Positions 60,520 through 64,000 of a stretch of 64,000 nt of DNA are shown piece by piece (the stretch's first letter is position 1; each line of letters begins with the position of its first letter). The DNA is from a virus, in IMG/VR virus record IMGVR_UViG_3300025141_015211, positions 1-64,000 of that record. One strand, 5' to 3'. A model generated the notes under the pieces. It made no database searches, was not told where the DNA came from, and saw only the letters and a program-made list of their open reading frames with translations. The translations under genes and the position numbers were made by a program.

Positions 60520-61428
60520 CTAACTCAAAATATGAGCAGAGTTTAAGTTAAATCTCATCCTAACTGAATCTTTTAAATTGTTCAAGCCTAATGACAAAAA
60601 GACAGAAGACGCGAGATAATATAAAAATTTCAAATCATACCTGAAAGTTTCAGCAACTTCTGAAGACCTCAATACAAAATGCATGTCAAGTATATTTTCT
60701 CTGTATGATGCGTGTATTAAAGATATGCATGTATCATCTGTATAGATAAATCTTCTTGAGTAAGCTGTCTCAACACGATTGTATGGGTTCTTGCCTGCCA
60801 GTTCATTTTGTATTGTCTGTGTCAAAGCTGACAAAATCCTTTCATAGTACTCTTTTTCAGGCTCATACTCCATTACGTTAGCGTCTGCTTCTAAGAACTT
60901 GCCATCGTCATAAATTGTAAAACATAGTGGTGATGCTTCATAGCCGTTAGACGAACTTGCATAATCAAACACCATTTTTGATATCTCGTCTAAAGAAGCT
61001 GTTTCAGTTGATGCAAAGTCTTTTGCGACTTTTTTTGCAATACTATGTGTCGTGTCTCTTATAACTAAAACATTTGGTAATCTTTCTAAGCGCTCTGCGT
61101 AATTTGTAAATTCAGCATGGAGGACTTTTATATTTTCTAAACTCTGGATTTCATCGCCACGGGCTTCATAGCGTGCCTGTATCACATCAAATTCTGGCAA
61201 TAATATTACCAACTTATTGTTCATGTTGAGAATTTCTCTTTTAAAATTTTCATTATGAAAAAAGTAATCACGACTGTATTGCTTGGCATGTATTAGCATG
61301 GAAAGGCATGACCTGTCATGTATGTTCCAAGCATAAGACGTAGCTTTGTGCAACGACGAATAAAGTGTAGTCTTGCCTGATAGATCTGGCCCTTCTAATA
61401 GAATGTAATTTATTGGAAAACGTGTCAT
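60520..61428 (-). CDS. dNMP kinase fused to thymidylate-synthase-like domain
   Basis: EGPDLSGKTT, DRS; C...RSSE.......D...SAHI. Confidence 0.75.
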   Translation of the reverse strand: MTRFPINYILLEGPDLSGKTTLYSSLHKATSYAWNIHDRSCLSMLIHAKQYSRDYFFHNENFKREILNMNNKLVILLPEFDVIQARYEARGDEIQSLENIKVLHAEFTNYAERLERLPNVLVIRDTTHSIAKKVAKDFASTETASLDEISKMVFDYASSSNGYEASPLCFTIYDDGKFLEADANVMEYEPEKEYYERILSALTQTIQNELAGKNPYNRVETAYSRRFIYTDDTCISLIHASYRENILDMHFVLRSSEVAETFRYDLKFLYYLASSVFLSLGLNNLKDSVRMRFNLNSAHILS

Positions 61429-61432
61429 CTTT

Positions 61433-64000
61433 CTATACTACCAAGGGTTTCATTTTTGCCCCTGAGGTGCTTGCACCCCACTGACCATCATTCTTGACAT
61501 CAGCAATCCATATTGTAAAAGGGCTTGCTTCTTTTGGCAAGAATCCCCATACCCTAAGCCAGGCTGATGCGTTTTGATCATCACAAATTCTTAATCTATA
61601 AAATGTCTTACCTGTCTTTGTTTTCTTTTTTATAATTTCTTGTATGCAAAACCAAGCCACATCCCTTGTATCACCTGATAGTGTTGTAACAGCAGGTATT
61701 TCTGCTCTTTCAATTTTACCAAGCACACCATCTGGATATAACAAGTCTTGCGGGACAGATGATGTTAATTCATAATACATTTCTAGCATTTCTGACCTTG
61801 ACCAATCTTGTTCTTCGAGCGTGTCTTCAATGAGCTTAGGTAGTATTAATTGTGCGCCACTTTTCAATGCTTGACGTGCAGTCATACCATGCTGACCTTT
61901 TCTTAATTGCTCATAGTTTTCAATAATAATTTTATGTAACTGCTTATGATTTTTTATTCTGCCCATTTCAAAATCATCCAAAGAATAGAAAGCGCTAATT
62001 TTGCACAAAGAAGCAAAACAAGTTTTGTTCATTTTAGAATGTTTCCACTTGCCATTCTCGTCGTAAAGCATATCTTGCAAGCTTTTATAAGGCCGCATTA
62101 TCATGATCTCATTAACAGCATTTATACCGACACCCTTGACGGAAGATAACGGGGGTACAAATGATGATTTATCTTCTGAATAAATCCATTCATCACCCGA
62201 ATAATTGATATCAGCAGGCGCAAACTCATACCCCATTTGCTTAATTTCACCAATTGTTTTTACCATTGCCTTAGGGTTGCTATTTTCTGATTGTAGAATT
62301 GTGGCCAACCAAAGTTTTTCATGATGCGTGTGAAGCCACGCCGCATAGTAAGAGTCAATTGCATAAGCAACAGCATGTGACTTGTTAAACCCATACACGC
62401 TGAAAAATTCAATTCTATCAAACAACTTATGTAGTGAATCCTCAGGTAGGTCATGCAATTCTTTTGCGCCTTCTACAAATTTTTTCCGAAGTTCGTCTCT
62501 CTCTGCGCCCTTTTTACCCATTGTGTCAAGAGACTTTTTAACCAACGTCTTGCGCATTTTATCAGACTCTCCTGGTGTAAAGCCTGATAGTTTTTGTGCA
62601 AGCAGCATAAACTGCTCTTGAAAAGTGATATGACCAAATGTTGATCCCAATATCTCTTCGATTACTGGATGGTCATACTGAATACTATTTGCATTTTTCT
62701 TATCTTTGACATATTTTTTATGAACATTCGCACGCAATGGACCAGGTCTATAAATTGCAGTTAATGCTGCAAGTTCTTCGATTGAAGTAGGCTTAGCTTC
62801 TTCACAGAAATTTCTTGCGCCTTCGGCCGTAAATTGAAACACTCCTGTCTTTCTACGCTGGTGATAAACATGCTTCCACACTTTTTCATCATCTTGTTGA
62901 TTAAACCTACAATTTAAGTGTTCATCAAAGTATTCTTTGATTTGTAAAAATGTCGGACTCGTATTGCCAGACGCTTTAAGAATACGCCTAATACAGTTCT
63001 CTACATCCTTAAGTAGTGTTAGACCTAGAAAATCAAACTTAATAAAACCGTTATCTTCCAAGTTTCTAAAGTTCATACCTTCAGTCCAGGGCGTCTGGAG
63101 CTCGCCACGAACACCTACAAGGGGCATTGTCTTTTCAAGCTCTTCAGCAGGCGCAATGATCACTCCGCCAGCATGTCGACCAATACTTCTATTTTGCATA
63201 AACAACGCTTCGATGTGATCCTTAACTTTAGGGTACTTTTCCATGAACGACTGATATCGACTAGAATGTTGCATGCAATCTTCATGCTTTAAGACAAAGA
63301 CAGACTTTTCTGTATTTTCATCTCTAACACAAGGCATTACTTCATTTTGGAGTGGGCCAGTAACAGCATTAATTTCATCGAACGGTACATCATAGAACTT
63401 AGCAATATCTTTGACAAGTGATTTAAGTTTTAGGGTGTTAAAGTTAGACACAGGAATGACAGCGTCATCGCCATACAACTCTCTAGCTGCATCAATCAGC
63501 GCATCGCGATCACCTGCGTCAGAATCAATGTCAGGCCAAGATGTTCTGTGACGTCCCAAAAAGCGGTCCCACAGCAACCCGTACGGTAGCGGGTCGAGTT
63601 GTGTAATCCCTAGGAGGTAATTTACCAAGCTACCGCCGCCAGAACCACGTGCAGGACCGAACAGAGTCCGATCTTCAGCCTTGTGGAAGACTTGGTACAT
63701 TGTCAGGAAGTAATTTTCAAAGCCTAGAAATTTAATATCTTCTAATTCGGTTTTTGCACGTGCAACATACTCCGGCTTTAAGTGTAACTCTGATTCTACC
63801 ATCCCCTTTTTTACAAGGTCGACAAGCTGATCAAATGCTGTCTTAGCAGGCGTATTAAAGTTTGGCAGTTTGACTGATTGATCGATCCATGTGTCTTCAC
63901 ACATTTCCCAGGCTATATCGTGTGTACGTTCAATGGCATCACAAATCAGTTGATCTTGCCCTTTATAAAACTCATGTTTGTCGCGGTGGAGTAGATACTC
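61433..64000 (-). CDS. dnaE: DNA polymerase III alpha subunit (5' end lies beyond the window)
   Basis: RGSGGGS, PDIDSD, HAGG, KFDFLG, FNKSHA; frame open to the window edge. Confidence 0.95.
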   Translation of the reverse strand, partial: EYLLHRDKHEFYKGQDQLICDAIERTHDIAWEMCEDTWIDQSVKLPNFNTPAKTAFDQLVDLVKKGMVESELHLKPEYVARAKTELEDIKFLGFENYFLTMYQVFHKAEDRTLFGPARGSGGGSLVNYLLGITQLDPLPYGLLWDRFLGRHRTSWPDIDSDAGDRDALIDAARELYGDDAVIPVSNFNTLKLKSLVKDIAKFYDVPFDEINAVTGPLQNEVMPCVRDENTEKSVFVLKHEDCMQHSSRYQSFMEKYPKVKDHIEALFMQNRSIGRHAGGVIIAPAEELEKTMPLVGVRGELQTPWTEGMNFRNLEDNGFIKFDFLGLTLLKDVENCIRRILKASGNTSPTFLQIKEYFDEHLNCRFNQQDDEKVWKHVYHQRRKTGVFQFTAEGARNFCEEAKPTSIEELAALTAIYRPGPLRANVHKKYVKDKKNANSIQYDHPVIEEILGSTFGHITFQEQFMLLAQKLSGFTPGESDKMRKTLVKKSLDTMGKKGAERDELRKKFVEGAKELHDLPEDSLHKLFDRIEFFSVYGFNKSHAVAYAIDSYYAAWLHTHHEKLWLATILQSENSNPKAMVKTIGEIKQMGYEFAPADINYSGDEWIYSEDKSSFVPPLSSVKGVGINAVNEIMIMRPYKSLQDMLYDENGKWKHSKMNKTCFASLCKISAFYSLDDFEMGRIKNHKQLHKIIIENYEQLRKGQHGMTARQALKSGAQLILPKLIEDTLEEQDWSRSEMLEMYYELTSSVPQDLLYPDGVLGKIERAEIPAVTTLSGDTRDVAWFCIQEIIKKKTKTGKTFYRLRICDDQNASAWLRVWGFLPKEASPFTIWIADVKNDGQWGASTSGAKMKPLVV

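Overview
A gene-dense, AT-rich 64 kb segment of a large (jumbo-type) dsDNA tailed phage. It is mostly + strand to about 28.1 kb and - strand after that. It encodes tail proteins, DNA Pol III alpha, a DinG-type helicase, GroEL, a sigma70-family factor, nucleotide-metabolism enzymes, TilS, six tRNAs, an MT-A70 methyltransferase and myxobacteria-style surface lipoproteins (suggesting a Myxococcota host). Top finding: the gene at 8902 appears to read through an in-frame TGA (9313-9315) that is directly followed by a bacterial SECIS-like hairpin and 75 more sense codons, making it a candidate phage-encoded selenoprotein, probably packaged in the virion. It belongs to a family of about 19 proteins carrying an 'MKITRRQLRQIIKEE'-type helix (putative capsid-targeting/cleavage tag). 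The same helix links the domains of enzyme polyproteins (RNA-ligase + NTase + nuclease; peptidase + kinase). Other notable items: an apparently split sigma factor with a TGTAAA-N16-TATAAT promoter class, a second ATANTTA promoter class, a kinase-thymidylate-synthase-like fusion with the dCMP-type Asp, an A8/U14-swapped tRNA-Asn, and an unclassified structured RNA. All calls come from reading motifs by eye; no searches were run.
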